Below are positions 42,640-52,870 of a DNA stretch of 64,000 bases, in pieces. The first letter of the stretch is position 1; the number at the start of each line of letters is the position of its first letter. The DNA is taken from sequence record SRR22947725_833; one strand, given 5' to 3'. The notes under the pieces were generated by a model that was not told the origin of the DNA, did not search any database, and saw nothing but the letters and a program-made list of their open reading frames with translations. Made by a program: the position numbers and the translations under genes.

Positions 42640-43758
42640 TCAAACCCGCATTGGCATTACCACATATATTGCGGTTTCATCGTTTCCCTCTCTCATAAGG
42701 GTAGGATCTCCAGCTGAATTAAACATAAAAACTGCTCGCTCTTCATTAACCTGACCAGAAATTTCTAGTAAATACTTTGCATTAAACCCTATCTCAAGAT
42801 CTTCATCTGCATAATCTACTAACAATTCTTCCTCGGCTGCTCCACTATCTGGAGAGTTAACAGACAAAACCAACTTATTCTCAGATATTGAAAGCTTTAC
42901 CGTCCTAGATCTTTCAGAACTAACCGTAGATACCCTATCCACAGCCTGAGAAAACATTGCTGCATCTACCTCAAGTTTTTTGCTATGATCATTTGGAATA
43001 ACTCTGTTGTAATCTGGAAATGTTCCATCAATTACTTTAGAGGTCAGTGTAATATCCACAGTTGCAAATCTTATTTTTGTCTCACTCACTGAAACCGCAA
43101 TCTGCAAATCGTCATCGTCTAAAAGTTTTCTAAGCTCAGAGACTGTCTTTTTTGGGACTATAACACCCGGCATTTCATTCGCTCCTGAAGGTAGAGGTCC
43201 GTCAATACGGGCTAATCTATGACCATCAGTGGCTACGCACCTAAACACTTTTTTACCCTTAGAATCGGCTATATGCATATAGACGCCATTTAAATAGTAA
43301 CGAGTCTCTTCATTCGAAATCGCAAATTTTGATTTATCAAATAGTTTTCTAAGAAGACTCGAAGATGCATAAAAATTTGAATGATAATCAGAAGAAGCCA
43401 TTATAGGGAAGTCTTCTTTAGGAAGAGTCGCCAATGAAAAGTTTGATCTACCCGCTTCAACAATTAATCTTCCTGAAATTCCATCATCAGCCAACGACAC
43501 AGAGGAACCATCTGGTAGTTTTCTAACTATCTCATGTAACGTTGTAGCAGAAACTGTAGTAGCTCCATTTTTTTCTACTTGAGCAGCTGCATGATCAATA
43601 ATTTCAATATCTAAGTCCGTGGCACGAAAACTTACTTTATTATTTTCTGCTTCTATTAAAACATTTCCAAGTATTGGAATCGTATTTCTTCTCTCCACAA
43701 CTGACTGTGTCTGACTAACCGCTTTTAGAAGCGCGCCTCTTTCAATACTAAACTTCAT
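42640..43758 (-). CDS. dnaN: DNA polymerase III beta clamp
   Basis: RRNTIPIL, ATDL, ETRYYLNG, ATDGHRL, VVMPMRV. Confidence 0.98.
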   Translation of the reverse strand: MKFSIERGALLKAVSQTQSVVERRNTIPILGNVLIEAENNKVSFRATDLDIEIIDHAAAQVEKNGATTVSATTLHEIVRKLPDGSSVSLADDGISGRLIVEAGRSNFSLATLPKEDFPIMASSDYHSNFYASSSLLRKLFDKSKFAISNEETRYYLNGVYMHIADSKGKKVFRCVATDGHRLARIDGPLPSGANEMPGVIVPKKTVSELRKLLDDDDLQIAVSVSETKIRFATVDITLTSKVIDGTFPDYNRVIPNDHSKKLEVDAAMFSQAVDRVSTVSSERSRTVKLSISENKLVLSVNSPDSGAAEEELLVDYADEDLEIGFNAKYLLEISGQVNEERAVFMFNSAGDPTLMREGNDETAIYVVMPMRV

Positions 43759-43842
43759 CACTAATCTCTCTTAAACCGTCGGGTATCAAATGCTACAGAT
43801 ATATTTAAGCAATGCAATAACTTTTCGAATATAAAAAAATTA

Positions 43843-45201
43843 TTAAGCCTCTAACATTCTTCTCAAGAGCTCAGCATCATCTGACACCTGACTATCTTGA
43901 GATTTTAATTCCTCTATTTTTTTGACTGCGTGCATGACAGTTGTGTGATCTCTATTACCAAATTGTTTTCCAATTTCAGGATAAGAGCGTGACGTCATGT
44001 TTTTTGAAAGATACATTGCCATCTGTCTTGGTCGCGCAATATTCCTAGATCTCCTAGGTGAGAGAAGGTCAGACATCCTCACATTATAATAGTGACATAT
44101 TTTTTTCATAATCTCGTCCATAGTCACTTTGCGATCTGATGCCCTTAGAATATCGGCTAAGCTTTCTTGAGCCATATCTAAAGTAATTTGTCGTCCAACT
44201 AGTGAAGAAAATGCGAACAATCTAGTTAATGCACCTTCCAATACACGGACATTAGTTGTAATTTTATGTGCTAAAAACTCCAAAACTCCATTCGCTATGT
44301 CTAAGTCGGTGTATTTTAAACGATAATTTTGAACTTTTTCTTGAAGAATCCCTAGACGTAACTCGTAGTCCGTTGGATGTAAATCTACCACTAAACCACA
44401 CTGTAATCTTGATCTAATTCGTTCTTCTAATCCATCAATCTCACCAGGAGCACGATCAGCTGAAATTACAATCTGCTTTTTTTGATCGATCAGTGCGTTA
44501 AAAGTATGAAAGAATTCATCTTGTGTGCTCTCTTTACCAGCAATAAACTGAACATCATCAACCATAAGAACATCCACAGACCTAAAGATCTCTTTGAAAT
44601 TCATCATTTGTTTGTCACGCAATGCTTGAATGAACCTATACATAAATTGTTCAGCACTAAGATAAACAACTTTTAAATCAGGTGACATGTGTGTCAACTC
44701 GACCGAGATAGCATGCATCAAGTGAGTTTTACCTAAACCAACACCTCCATAAAGAAAAAGTGGGTTAAAAGCAGCTGAGTCACCTGTAGAAACTCTCCGC
44801 GCTGCTGCATGAGCAAGTTCATTTGGTTTTCCAACTACAAAACGCTCAAAAGTAAATCTAGAATCTAAAGAAGCTCCTAAGGTATTCTTATTCGATAAAG
44901 TTTGTACTTTGGTCGGCACCTGAGGGAGAGATTTCTCTGGTTCAGTCAGGGATATTTGATTATCTTTTATCTTAAACTCAATTCGATCAATTTTTAGGCC
45001 TAAACGCATAGCTTGAACCTTGATCTCGTCTCCGTAATTCCTTGACACCCAATCACCCTGAAAGCGAGTTGTAACGGTAAGCTCTAACAGTCCATCTTCA
45101 TATGATATAAAATTCAAAGGCTTTATCCAGGTTTGAAAGCTGTTTTTACCAACTATCTTCTCTAAACGTTCACTTAATTGGGCCCAAATTTTCTTTGTCA
45201 T
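43843..45201 (-). CDS. dnaA: Chromosomal replication initiator
   Basis: FNPLFLYGGVGLGKTH, DDVQF, NVRVLEGA, RDHTTV. Likely ATG at 45201 (MTKKIW). Confidence 0.98.
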   Translation of the reverse strand: MTKKIWAQLSERLEKIVGKNSFQTWIKPLNFISYEDGLLELTVTTRFQGDWVSRNYGDEIKVQAMRLGLKIDRIEFKIKDNQISLTEPEKSLPQVPTKVQTLSNKNTLGASLDSRFTFERFVVGKPNELAHAAARRVSTGDSAAFNPLFLYGGVGLGKTHLMHAISVELTHMSPDLKVVYLSAEQFMYRFIQALRDKQMMNFKEIFRSVDVLMVDDVQFIAGKESTQDEFFHTFNALIDQKKQIVISADRAPGEIDGLEERIRSRLQCGLVVDLHPTDYELRLGILQEKVQNYRLKYTDLDIANGVLEFLAHKITTNVRVLEGALTRLFAFSSLVGRQITLDMAQESLADILRASDRKVTMDEIMKKICHYYNVRMSDLLSPRRSRNIARPRQMAMYLSKNMTSRSYPEIGKQFGNRDHTTVMHAVKKIEELKSQDSQVSDDAELLRRMLEA

Positions 45202-45489
45202 AAAAATTCCATTAATAACTTTTAAATAATGTTTCCGAAAAAACACCACCGTATTTACTGAAATCACTTAAAGAATATTCAACCTAGACAGACTTAATGC
45301 CCTACGAAATGCTTAGCTTTAGTATACATACCCATATACTCGCTAAAACTAGCGTCCATGATTGATTCTCTCCCCAGATGAATTCAATTTGTCAATTTGT
45401 GACATCGTATCTAGGTTCAATCAAGTGAACTTTGCTCTTGACTGTAAAAAAAAACAATCGAATCTATTTTTTAGATTAATTTGTCACGC

Positions 45490-45520
45490 AAAAAAAAACA
45501 CGCCCACTAAGAGGCGCGTC
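45490..45520 (-). terminator. Rho-independent terminator of rpsT
   Basis: Minus strand GACGCGCCTCTTAGTGGGCGTG followed by a run of about nine T. Confidence 0.8.
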
Positions 45521-45551
45521 GAATAATAGCTAAAATACTTAAAATGGCTTA

Positions 45552-45818
45552 CTAATCTACTAGGGCCTTAACTCTAGAAGACAATCTAGACATTTTCCTT
45601 GAAGCAGTATTTTTGTGCATTATGCCTTTAGAAACACCCCTCATCAACTCTGGTTGCACAACCTTAAGAGCTTGCTGAGCAATACCCTTATCTCCCGACT
45701 CTAAGGCTTCATCAACTTTCTTCAAATAAGTTCTTATTCTAGATCTACGTGCTTTGTTTACTTCTGTTCGTCTTTCTATCTGACGAGCACGTTTTTTTGC
45801 CTGAGCCGAATTTGCCAT
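45552..45818 (-). CDS. rpsT: 30S ribosomal protein S20
   Basis: [25 protein letters not shown]. Confidence 0.98.
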   Translation of the reverse strand: MANSAQAKKRARQIERRTEVNKARRSRIRTYLKKVDEALESGDKGIAQQALKVVQPELMRGVSKGIMHKNTASRKMSRLSSRVKALVD

Positions 45819-45859
45819 TTATATGTTCCTGATTGTGATAGTACATCGCTAAAGTCAGG

Positions 45860-45888
45860 CTTTTAAGCCTTCATACTTGACAAGTCAA
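45860..45888 (-). promoter_or_regulatory. Putative sigma70 promoter of rpsT
   Basis: Minus strand TTGACT-N17-TAAAAG. The -10 lacks the final T, as is common in alphaproteobacteria. Confidence 0.55.
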
Positions 45889-45900
45889 CGGACAACTTAG

Positions 45901-46677
45901 TTATTTATCTCTAAATCTTGGTTCTCTTTTTTCAACAAAAGCATTCATTCCTTCTGTCTGATCATCAGTTGCAAATAATGAATGGAATAGGCGTCTTTCA
46001 AATAACAACCCCTCACTCAAAGAAACTTCAAAACTCCGGTTAACAGACTCCTTAATCATCCTAGAAGAGGTAAGTGGTTTCTCAGCTATTTTTGCAGCTA
46101 TTGCGAAAGCCTCTTTCATCAAAGTCTTTTTTGGAAAAACCTGGCTCACTAAACCGCACCGTTCAGCCTCATCACTATTCATAAAGCGTCCTGTTAAGTT
46201 CATATCCATAGATTTTGATTTTCCAATAAAACGAGTAAGCCTTTGACTACCACCCAAGCCTGCCATTACACCTAAATTAATTTCAGGTTGGCCAAACTGA
46301 GCATTATCAGACGCTATTATAAAATCACACATCATAGCAAGTTCGCAACCACCACCGAGAGCGTAACCGGAAACAGCCCCAATAATTGGTTTGCGAATTC
46401 TTAAGAAATTATTTTGAAAGTCCCCCATAAAGTCTTCGTTAGATACTGAATTGAAGTCTTTCTTTGCCATCTCAGTTATGTCAGCACCAGCAGCAAAAGC
46501 CTTTTCAGAGCCTGTTAAAATAATCACTCTAACTTTATTATTACCATCAAACTCTCTTAAAGAGTCTCCTAATTCTTTTATGAGTTCAGCATTAAGAGAA
46601 TTTAATGCGTCTGGTCTGTTCAATCTAATTAACCCTATATTATCTCGAGTTTCTGTAATGATAGTCTTATATGGCAT
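45901..46677 (-). CDS. Enoyl-CoA hydratase
   Basis: LNRP.ALN, AFAAGADI, ALGGGCELA, FGQPEINLG. Confidence 0.93.
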   Translation of the reverse strand: MPYKTIITETRDNIGLIRLNRPDALNSLNAELIKELGDSLREFDGNNKVRVIILTGSEKAFAAGADITEMAKKDFNSVSNEDFMGDFQNNFLRIRKPIIGAVSGYALGGGCELAMMCDFIIASDNAQFGQPEINLGVMAGLGGSQRLTRFIGKSKSMDMNLTGRFMNSDEAERCGLVSQVFPKKTLMKEAFAIAAKIAEKPLTSSRMIKESVNRSFEVSLSEGLLFERRLFHSLFATDDQTEGMNAFVEKREPRFRDK

Positions 46678-46734
46678 GTCATCCCCTTAACATTTTTGAA
46701 TTCTTTACTTAACAGTTATATTTTAAAATTCAAA

Positions 46735-47586
46735 TTACCTTTGACACTTTGAACAATAGAAAGTTGATCTGCCTGATTGAATTACTCTTTTTATAATAAT
46801 TGGACAATTATCGCTAATACAATTTTCACCCTCACGACCATATACGTTAAAGTTATGCTGAAAGTAACCTAGTTCACCATTAGTTTGACGATGATCTTTC
46901 AACGATGATCCCCCCGCCTCGATTGCCTCAATTAAAACAGATCTAATAAATTTAACTAACCTTTCAATTTCTTTCATTTCTAATTTATTAGTATTTTTTT
47001 GTGGTGAAACACCCGAACTAAACAAAATTTCACAAACGTATATATTACCCAGTCCAGCTACAATTAGTTGATCAAGAAGTGTGGTTTTTATAGAAGTACT
47101 TTTGTTCTTAAAACGATTAAACAAATACTCCGCATTCAAGCCGTTTCCTAATGGCTCAGGTCCTAAACGTTTTAAAAGCCAATGCTTGTCTAGGGCTTTA
47201 GTTGGCGCCATGTCCATAGCACCAAATCGACGTGCATCATTAAAAGTAATAAGGGTTCCATTCTGCATATAAAAAATCACATGGTCATGTTTTTCAAATA
47301 TATTGGAATTGTAATTAAAAATTCCTTTATTAGTAGTATCAATTAAAATTCTTCCTGACATTCCTAAGTGAATTATGATTGTTTGATCTGAGCTTAAGTC
47401 AATTAATATGTATTTCGCTCGTCTTCGGACACCTATTACTCTATTACCATTTACTCTATCTGCCATATCTTTAGGAAAAGGCCATCTCAAATCATTTCTT
47501 CGAAGCTCTAACTTATTTATAATATTTCCTTCCATAGCTGGCCTTAATCCACTACAGACAGTCTCTACTTCAGGTAATTCGGGCAT
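46735..47586 (-). CDS. mutM: Formamidopyrimidine-DNA glycosylase
   Basis: MPELPEVE, HLGMSG, GLGNIY, C-terminal zinc finger ending RSTFYCSKCQ. Confidence 0.98.
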   Translation of the reverse strand: MPELPEVETVCSGLRPAMEGNIINKLELRRNDLRWPFPKDMADRVNGNRVIGVRRRAKYILIDLSSDQTIIIHLGMSGRILIDTTNKGIFNYNSNIFEKHDHVIFYMQNGTLITFNDARRFGAMDMAPTKALDKHWLLKRLGPEPLGNGLNAEYLFNRFKNKSTSIKTTLLDQLIVAGLGNIYVCEILFSSGVSPQKNTNKLEMKEIERLVKFIRSVLIEAIEAGGSSLKDHRQTNGELGYFQHNFNVYGREGENCISDNCPIIIKRVIQSGRSTFYCSKCQR

Positions 47587-47672
47587 TTTCTCTCCATAAG
47601 TTTTACCTGATGCATTGTATCCTCGCCGTGGAGAACTATAAAGAGGGTTGTTAATTTAAATAGCGAAGTGAC

Positions 47673-48425
47673 ATGTCTGAGAGTAAAAGTGCATATACAC
47701 ATTTTGGTTACCAGAACGTACCTGAGGAAAATAAGTCAGGTTTAGTTAAAGAGGTGTTCAATAATGTCTCCTCAAAATATGATGTTATGAATGACTTAAT
47801 GTCTGTTGGGATACACAGGGTTTGGAAAAATACCCTGATCAATTGGCTAGCGCCTAAAGAAAATCAAAACCTTTTAGATGTTGCCGGGGGAACAGGGGAT
47901 ATAGCCACTCGTTTTTTAAAGCAGGCAAAAGGTGGAAACGCAACTATTCTTGATATGACGGAATCTATGCTTCAGGAGGGAACAAAAAGAGTTACTAATA
48001 GCGCGCTTAGCTCTAGAATGAGGTGGGTGGTAGGTGATGCAATGGCTTTACCATTCAAAAAAAATACCTTTGATATTTACACTATTAGTTTTGGCATACG
48101 AAATGTTACAAAAATAGATAGGGCATTATCAGAAGCTTTTAGGGTACTCAAACCTGGAGGAAGAATTATGATTTTAGAGTTCTCAAAACTACCAAATCCG
48201 ATGATGCAAAAAGCATACGACCTGTACTCTTTTAATGTGATCCCAAAAATTGGTGAAATAGTGGTGGGGGACAAAGATAGTTACCAATATTTAGTCGAAT
48301 CGATAAGGAAATTCCCAGACCAAGTATCTTTTGCTAACATGATGATCGAAGCAGGGTTTGAGAACGTAAAGTTTCGTAATTTAACCTTTGGTGTTGCGGC
48401 GTTACATTCAGGATGGAAAATATAA
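47673..48425 (+). CDS. ubiE: Ubiquinone/menaquinone C-methyltransferase
   Basis: [33 protein letters not shown]. Confidence 0.97.
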   Translation: MSESKSAYTHFGYQNVPEENKSGLVKEVFNNVSSKYDVMNDLMSVGIHRVWKNTLINWLAPKENQNLLDVAGGTGDIATRFLKQAKGGNATILDMTESMLQEGTKRVTNSALSSRMRWVVGDAMALPFKKNTFDIYTISFGIRNVTKIDRALSEAFRVLKPGGRIMILEFSKLPNPMMQKAYDLYSFNVIPKIGEIVVGDKDSYQYLVESIRKFPDQVSFANMMIEAGFENVKFRNLTFGVAALHSGWKI

Positions 48426-49958
48426 ATGAGAGGTCCACACAACATTTGGAGATTGGTTAGGACCGGAGCGACCTTAGAACGCACAGGGGCAATGCACGTT
48501 ATATTAGATGCGTTTAGTGCCCCTACTTCTCTAAGAATTTTGGCTATAGTTCTTGGGTGGCCGTTCAAATGGTTTGGTCTAAAAGGAGATTTAAATTTAC
48601 CTCCCGCAACACGCGCACTTACTGCTCTTGGTCCTGCTTACATAAAGTTTGGACAGATCTTATCAACCAGGCCAGATGTGGTTGGCGTTGTCTTAGCAAA
48701 GCAACTACGAGTACTTCAAGACAGGCTTCCACCATTTTCTTCAGAAATAGCAAAAAAAACAATTGAGTCTGAACTAGGAAAACCAGTAGACAAGTTATTT
48801 AGTAATTTTTCTGATCCCGTTGCAGCAGCTTCAATTGCTCAAGTTCATAAGGCAAAAATAGTAGATACTAATGAATTGGTTGCTATTAAAGTTTTAAGGC
48901 CTGGAATAGAAAGAGCCTTCCGAAAAGACATAGATGCATTTTACTTAGCTGCAAAAATTATTGAACTTATCTCTCCTTCTGCAAGGAGACTAAAACCAAC
49001 AGAAGTAATTAAACATTTTGACTATGTAGTCCAAGGTGAGCTCGATTTGAAGTTAGAGGCTGCCGCTGCCGGAGAGTATAAATCAACAGCCAGCCAAGAC
49101 GTTGGCTTTAGTGTTCCCAAAACTCATTTTTTTTACACCTCTAGGAGGGTACTGACTATGGACTGGGTCAGTGGAATCCCTTTTGGTGATACAAAAGCGA
49201 TAAGTGATGCAGGACATAATAAGAAAGTTTTAAGTGAACGTTTACTGCAAGTCTTCTTACGGCAAGCTCTAAATGATGGGTACTTTCATGCAGACCTACA
49301 TCAAGGGAATATGAAAATAAGTCCATCGGGTGATATAGTTGCTTATGATTTTGGAATAATGGGTAGAATAGACGAATACACTCGCCGAGTTTATGCAGAA
49401 ATACTCATTGGATTTATAAAAAAAGACTACATGAGGGTTGCAGAAGTCCATTTTGAAGCTGGCTATGTCTCAAATGATCAAGATATAAATGAATTTTCAC
49501 AAGCATTACGCGCTGCTGGAGAACCAATATTTGGAATGGATGCTAATCAAATCTCTATGGGTAAATTACTAACATATTTATTTGAGGTTACCCAACGTTT
49601 TGGAATGGAAACCAGAACTGAATTAATTTTATTACAACGAACTATGATTGTGGTGGAGGGAGTCTGCAGATCCCTGTACCCTCAAATTAATATCTGGGAG
49701 GTTGCCCAACCAGTTGTACAAGACTACATCAACAAAAGTGTGGGGCCAAAAGCACTCCTTAATGATATAATAAAAACTGGGAAAGTGATGGCTAGGTTTG
49801 GACCAAAGCTCCCAAAATTAATAGAAAATTTGTTAAATAATCAAGTTAATAGTTCCAAACAAAAACAAACTTCGTATAAAAGCAAAAAAACTTTAAATGT
49901 CTTTGTACTGGGGGCCTTTTTTGGAACTTTGGTGGCAATAGGCCTCGGCCTCATTTAA
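48426..49958 (+). CDS. ubiB: Ubiquinone biosynthesis kinase-like protein
   Basis: GPAYIKFGQ, AAASIAQVH, FHADLHQGN, DFGIMG. Confidence 0.96.
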   Translation: MRGPHNIWRLVRTGATLERTGAMHVILDAFSAPTSLRILAIVLGWPFKWFGLKGDLNLPPATRALTALGPAYIKFGQILSTRPDVVGVVLAKQLRVLQDRLPPFSSEIAKKTIESELGKPVDKLFSNFSDPVAAASIAQVHKAKIVDTNELVAIKVLRPGIERAFRKDIDAFYLAAKIIELISPSARRLKPTEVIKHFDYVVQGELDLKLEAAAAGEYKSTASQDVGFSVPKTHFFYTSRRVLTMDWVSGIPFGDTKAISDAGHNKKVLSERLLQVFLRQALNDGYFHADLHQGNMKISPSGDIVAYDFGIMGRIDEYTRRVYAEILIGFIKKDYMRVAEVHFEAGYVSNDQDINEFSQALRAAGEPIFGMDANQISMGKLLTYLFEVTQRFGMETRTELILLQRTMIVVEGVCRSLYPQINIWEVAQPVVQDYINKSVGPKALLNDIIKTGKVMARFGPKLPKLIENLLNNQVNSSKQKQTSYKSKKTLNVFVLGAFFGTLVAIGLGLI

Positions 49959-49985
49959 GTAGTGATAGAGAATATAAATTATCAA

Positions 49986-51116
49986 TCACAAAATTGATGC
50001 TAAATAGAGCTCGTGAGCCTTATTGACATTTTCGTGATTAATTTCGAAACCTAATCCAGAACCAGAAAGAACTGCCATTTTTCCATTTTTTAAATCAAGG
50101 ATTGAGTTATCAATAATATCCCATTCTAGGAAATGATTCATAAATTGATTTCCATCATCCAAATTGGGTAAAACAGAGGCTACTTGATTGGCCGCACATG
50201 TAGTAATTCCTGTTTCATAAAGCCCGTGGATATTTATATTTATCCGAGCTGTTTCAGCAATTCTACCGCATGTTACAAATTTATTAAGACCTCCTGTTTC
50301 ATGCAAGCCCAAAACAATCAAATCTGCTGCTTCTTCTTTACAGACATCGAAACAGTCTTGTGGAGTAAATACTAACTGGTCTGCCGCAATTGGAATCGAA
50401 CACTGATTGCGGGCCTGCCTTAAAGCTGAAATACTTTCACAATGAGTTGGTTGTTCAATGCATTCTATGTTGCAATCTACAACTTCAGGAAGAATTTGCC
50501 TCATTTCAGAAGCACCCCAATGTTCATTTGGGTCCACTCGTAATCTTTTATTAGGCCCAATTGCCGCCCGAACTGCCTTTATAATTTCTATATCATTTTT
50601 AACTCCAGTACCTACTTTGATATAGATTACATCATGACCCTTTTCAGTAAAACTTTTGGCGTTAGTAGCAATTTCTTTAGGGCTCTTACCTTGAGGAAAT
50701 CCAAAATAACTGATTTCATCACGTACTGCTCCACCAAAAAAATGATTTACTGGACACTCATACGCTTTTCCGAGGATATCCCAAAGAGCCATATCAAGCC
50801 CTGCCATCACTTGAGCTCCGAATCGTGGAGAACTACATGTCCCTCTTGCTTGAAACAAAGCATGATAAACCTTTTCCATAATCTTCGAAATGTGAAAAGG
50901 GTTTTCTCCAATTAAAAATTTTGATGCTTCTTTTATAAAAGCATGAACACCTTGCGGAGATGGTGTTGAAATACTTTCTCCATACCCTATTAAACCGGAG
51001 TCTGTTTTAATTTCAACAAGTAACACCCCCGCACCATCGATAACTCCATGCGCCCAATAGTACGGCTCTTTATAAGGAACAATCAGTGGAGTAACCTTAA
51101 TATCAGTAATTATCAT
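49986..51116 (-). CDS. Mandelate racemase / muconate lactonizing enzyme family protein
   Basis: G.IGYGE, DMALWDI.GK, metal ligands in VDPNE, IEQP, AADQ; C-terminal GSGLG. Confidence 0.88.
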   Translation of the reverse strand: MIITDIKVTPLIVPYKEPYYWAHGVIDGAGVLLVEIKTDSGLIGYGESISTPSPQGVHAFIKEASKFLIGENPFHISKIMEKVYHALFQARGTCSSPRFGAQVMAGLDMALWDILGKAYECPVNHFFGGAVRDEISYFGFPQGKSPKEIATNAKSFTEKGHDVIYIKVGTGVKNDIEIIKAVRAAIGPNKRLRVDPNEHWGASEMRQILPEVVDCNIECIEQPTHCESISALRQARNQCSIPIAADQLVFTPQDCFDVCKEEAADLIVLGLHETGGLNKFVTCGRIAETARININIHGLYETGITTCAANQVASVLPNLDDGNQFMNHFLEWDIIDNSILDLKNGKMAVLSGSGLGFEINHENVNKAHELYLASIL

Positions 51117-51218
51117 CAGCCATAATTCCTTTATTTTCTGTCTTTAAATTATTAATACCACTAAGGATTTTTTCATTGCAACTCAAAAAAAATGCATTTT
51201 TTTATAATTGAAAATTTT

Positions 51219-52724
51219 CTATAATAAACTTCTTAATTCTTTTTTTAGTACTTTTCCGTAATTATTTTTAGGTAAGGAATCTAAAAATATGTATTCTCTT
51301 GGTCTCTTGAATCGAGATATTTTTTCAATACAAAATGAGTCTAAATCATTAATAGTTATTTTTTTTGCAACAATAAATGCAACTACAATCTCACCCCATT
51401 CAGGATCTATTTTTCCAACAACAGAGGCCTCAAATACGTTTGGACATTGAAGAAGTACATCCTCCACCTCCCTTGGATAGATATTTGAACCACCAGAAAT
51501 TATCAAATCTTTAGACCGACCTTCCAAAATAATATACCCATCAGAGCCAATACGTCCCAAGTCTCCAGTTTTTAACCATCCATCGATTAAAGTACTTTCT
51601 GTTTCAGTAGGGTTCTTCCAATACCCTAACATTACTGGGGCGCCATAAACGCATATTTCTCCAATGTGGTTTACTGGAAGCACATTTCCATTAGGGTCTT
51701 TTATAGCAACATCTACTACGCTTTGTTTTCTTCCAACGCTAGATACTCGCTCTCTCCAATTCCAGCTCTCTCTATCCGAAATTTCATCTCTTTTTAGTGA
51801 GGAAATAGCCATAGGGCACTCACCTTGACCAAATATTTGTACAAATCGTGGGCCCATAATTTTTACAGCATGAATAATATCTGCGAGATACATTGGGCCA
51901 CCCCCATAGATGATGGTTCTAATACCTTCCATAGAACTCATACTTTTTTCGGCTTGTCTTACCAATCTATTAACCATGGTAGGAGCTAAAAACATACAAA
52001 CACTTTTTAACTTTAAGCTTAGCTTAAGGACTTCTAATGGATCAAACCTACCTGAAACAGGGACCGAATGTCTGGCTCCAAGCTTAACAAATATTACATT
52101 ATACAAACCCGCACCATGAGACATTGGGGCCGAATACAATGCTGTATCAGAGGAACTTACAGAGTCCACATCGGACAAGTAACCGTCGACCATAGCCTGT
52201 AAGTTTTTAGATGAAAGCATTACACCTTTAGGACTTCCAGTAGTACCGGATGTGTAAAATAACCATATTAGATCATTTTTACTTATTTTTATAGGACTTC
52301 GATTTGGCAAAAACGAATATAATTTAAAAAAACTCTTCTCTGTAGTTGAAATGATTGTAAGTTTTAATTGTTTATATGTCCGGTCATTAAAAATGCTTTT
52401 TTCGTCTGTAAAAAGAACTTTAGAACCAGAGTCGTTTATAATCCATAAAGCTTCTTCTATATGAAGTTTTGAGTTTATAGGAACTACAACTCCCCCTAAA
52501 AACCAAACCGCATAAATGATTTCTAGGTATTCAGTTGAATTAGCCAAAAAAATTGCGACTCTATCACCTTTTTTAATTCCTAAGCTATTTTCCAAATATT
52601 CTGAAATAGAGGATGACCTAGCTCTAAAAGTAGCATAATCAGCACTGCAGTACTCTCCCTTTAATAAAGCTTCTTTGTTAGGATGCTTATCAGCTGTATC
52701 TACTAACCAGTTCGCTAAATTCAT
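51219..52724 (-). CDS. AMP-forming acyl-CoA ligase
   Basis: YTSGTTGSPKG, FGQGE, GWLKTGD, GRSKD.IISGG.NIYP.EVE, LPKN.YGKV. Confidence 0.92.
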   Translation of the reverse strand: MNLANWLVDTADKHPNKEALLKGEYCSADYATFRARSSSISEYLENSLGIKKGDRVAIFLANSTEYLEIIYAVWFLGGVVVPINSKLHIEEALWIINDSGSKVLFTDEKSIFNDRTYKQLKLTIISTTEKSFFKLYSFLPNRSPIKISKNDLIWLFYTSGTTGSPKGVMLSSKNLQAMVDGYLSDVDSVSSSDTALYSAPMSHGAGLYNVIFVKLGARHSVPVSGRFDPLEVLKLSLKLKSVCMFLAPTMVNRLVRQAEKSMSSMEGIRTIIYGGGPMYLADIIHAVKIMGPRFVQIFGQGECPMAISSLKRDEISDRESWNWRERVSSVGRKQSVVDVAIKDPNGNVLPVNHIGEICVYGAPVMLGYWKNPTETESTLIDGWLKTGDLGRIGSDGYIILEGRSKDLIISGGSNIYPREVEDVLLQCPNVFEASVVGKIDPEWGEIVVAFIVAKKITINDLDSFCIEKISRFKRPREYIFLDSLPKNNYGKVLKKELRSLL

Positions 52725-52870
52725 AGCATTGCCATTTTCAACATATTGCCCATCATCTGTTTATAGTTAAAATCTAGTTAGGTTTTGATGTACTAACAAT
52801 CTTTAAATTTTATAAATTCACCTATAAGTTAGCTCAAAATAATAATTAATTATAATTTAAGGAAGTTTTC

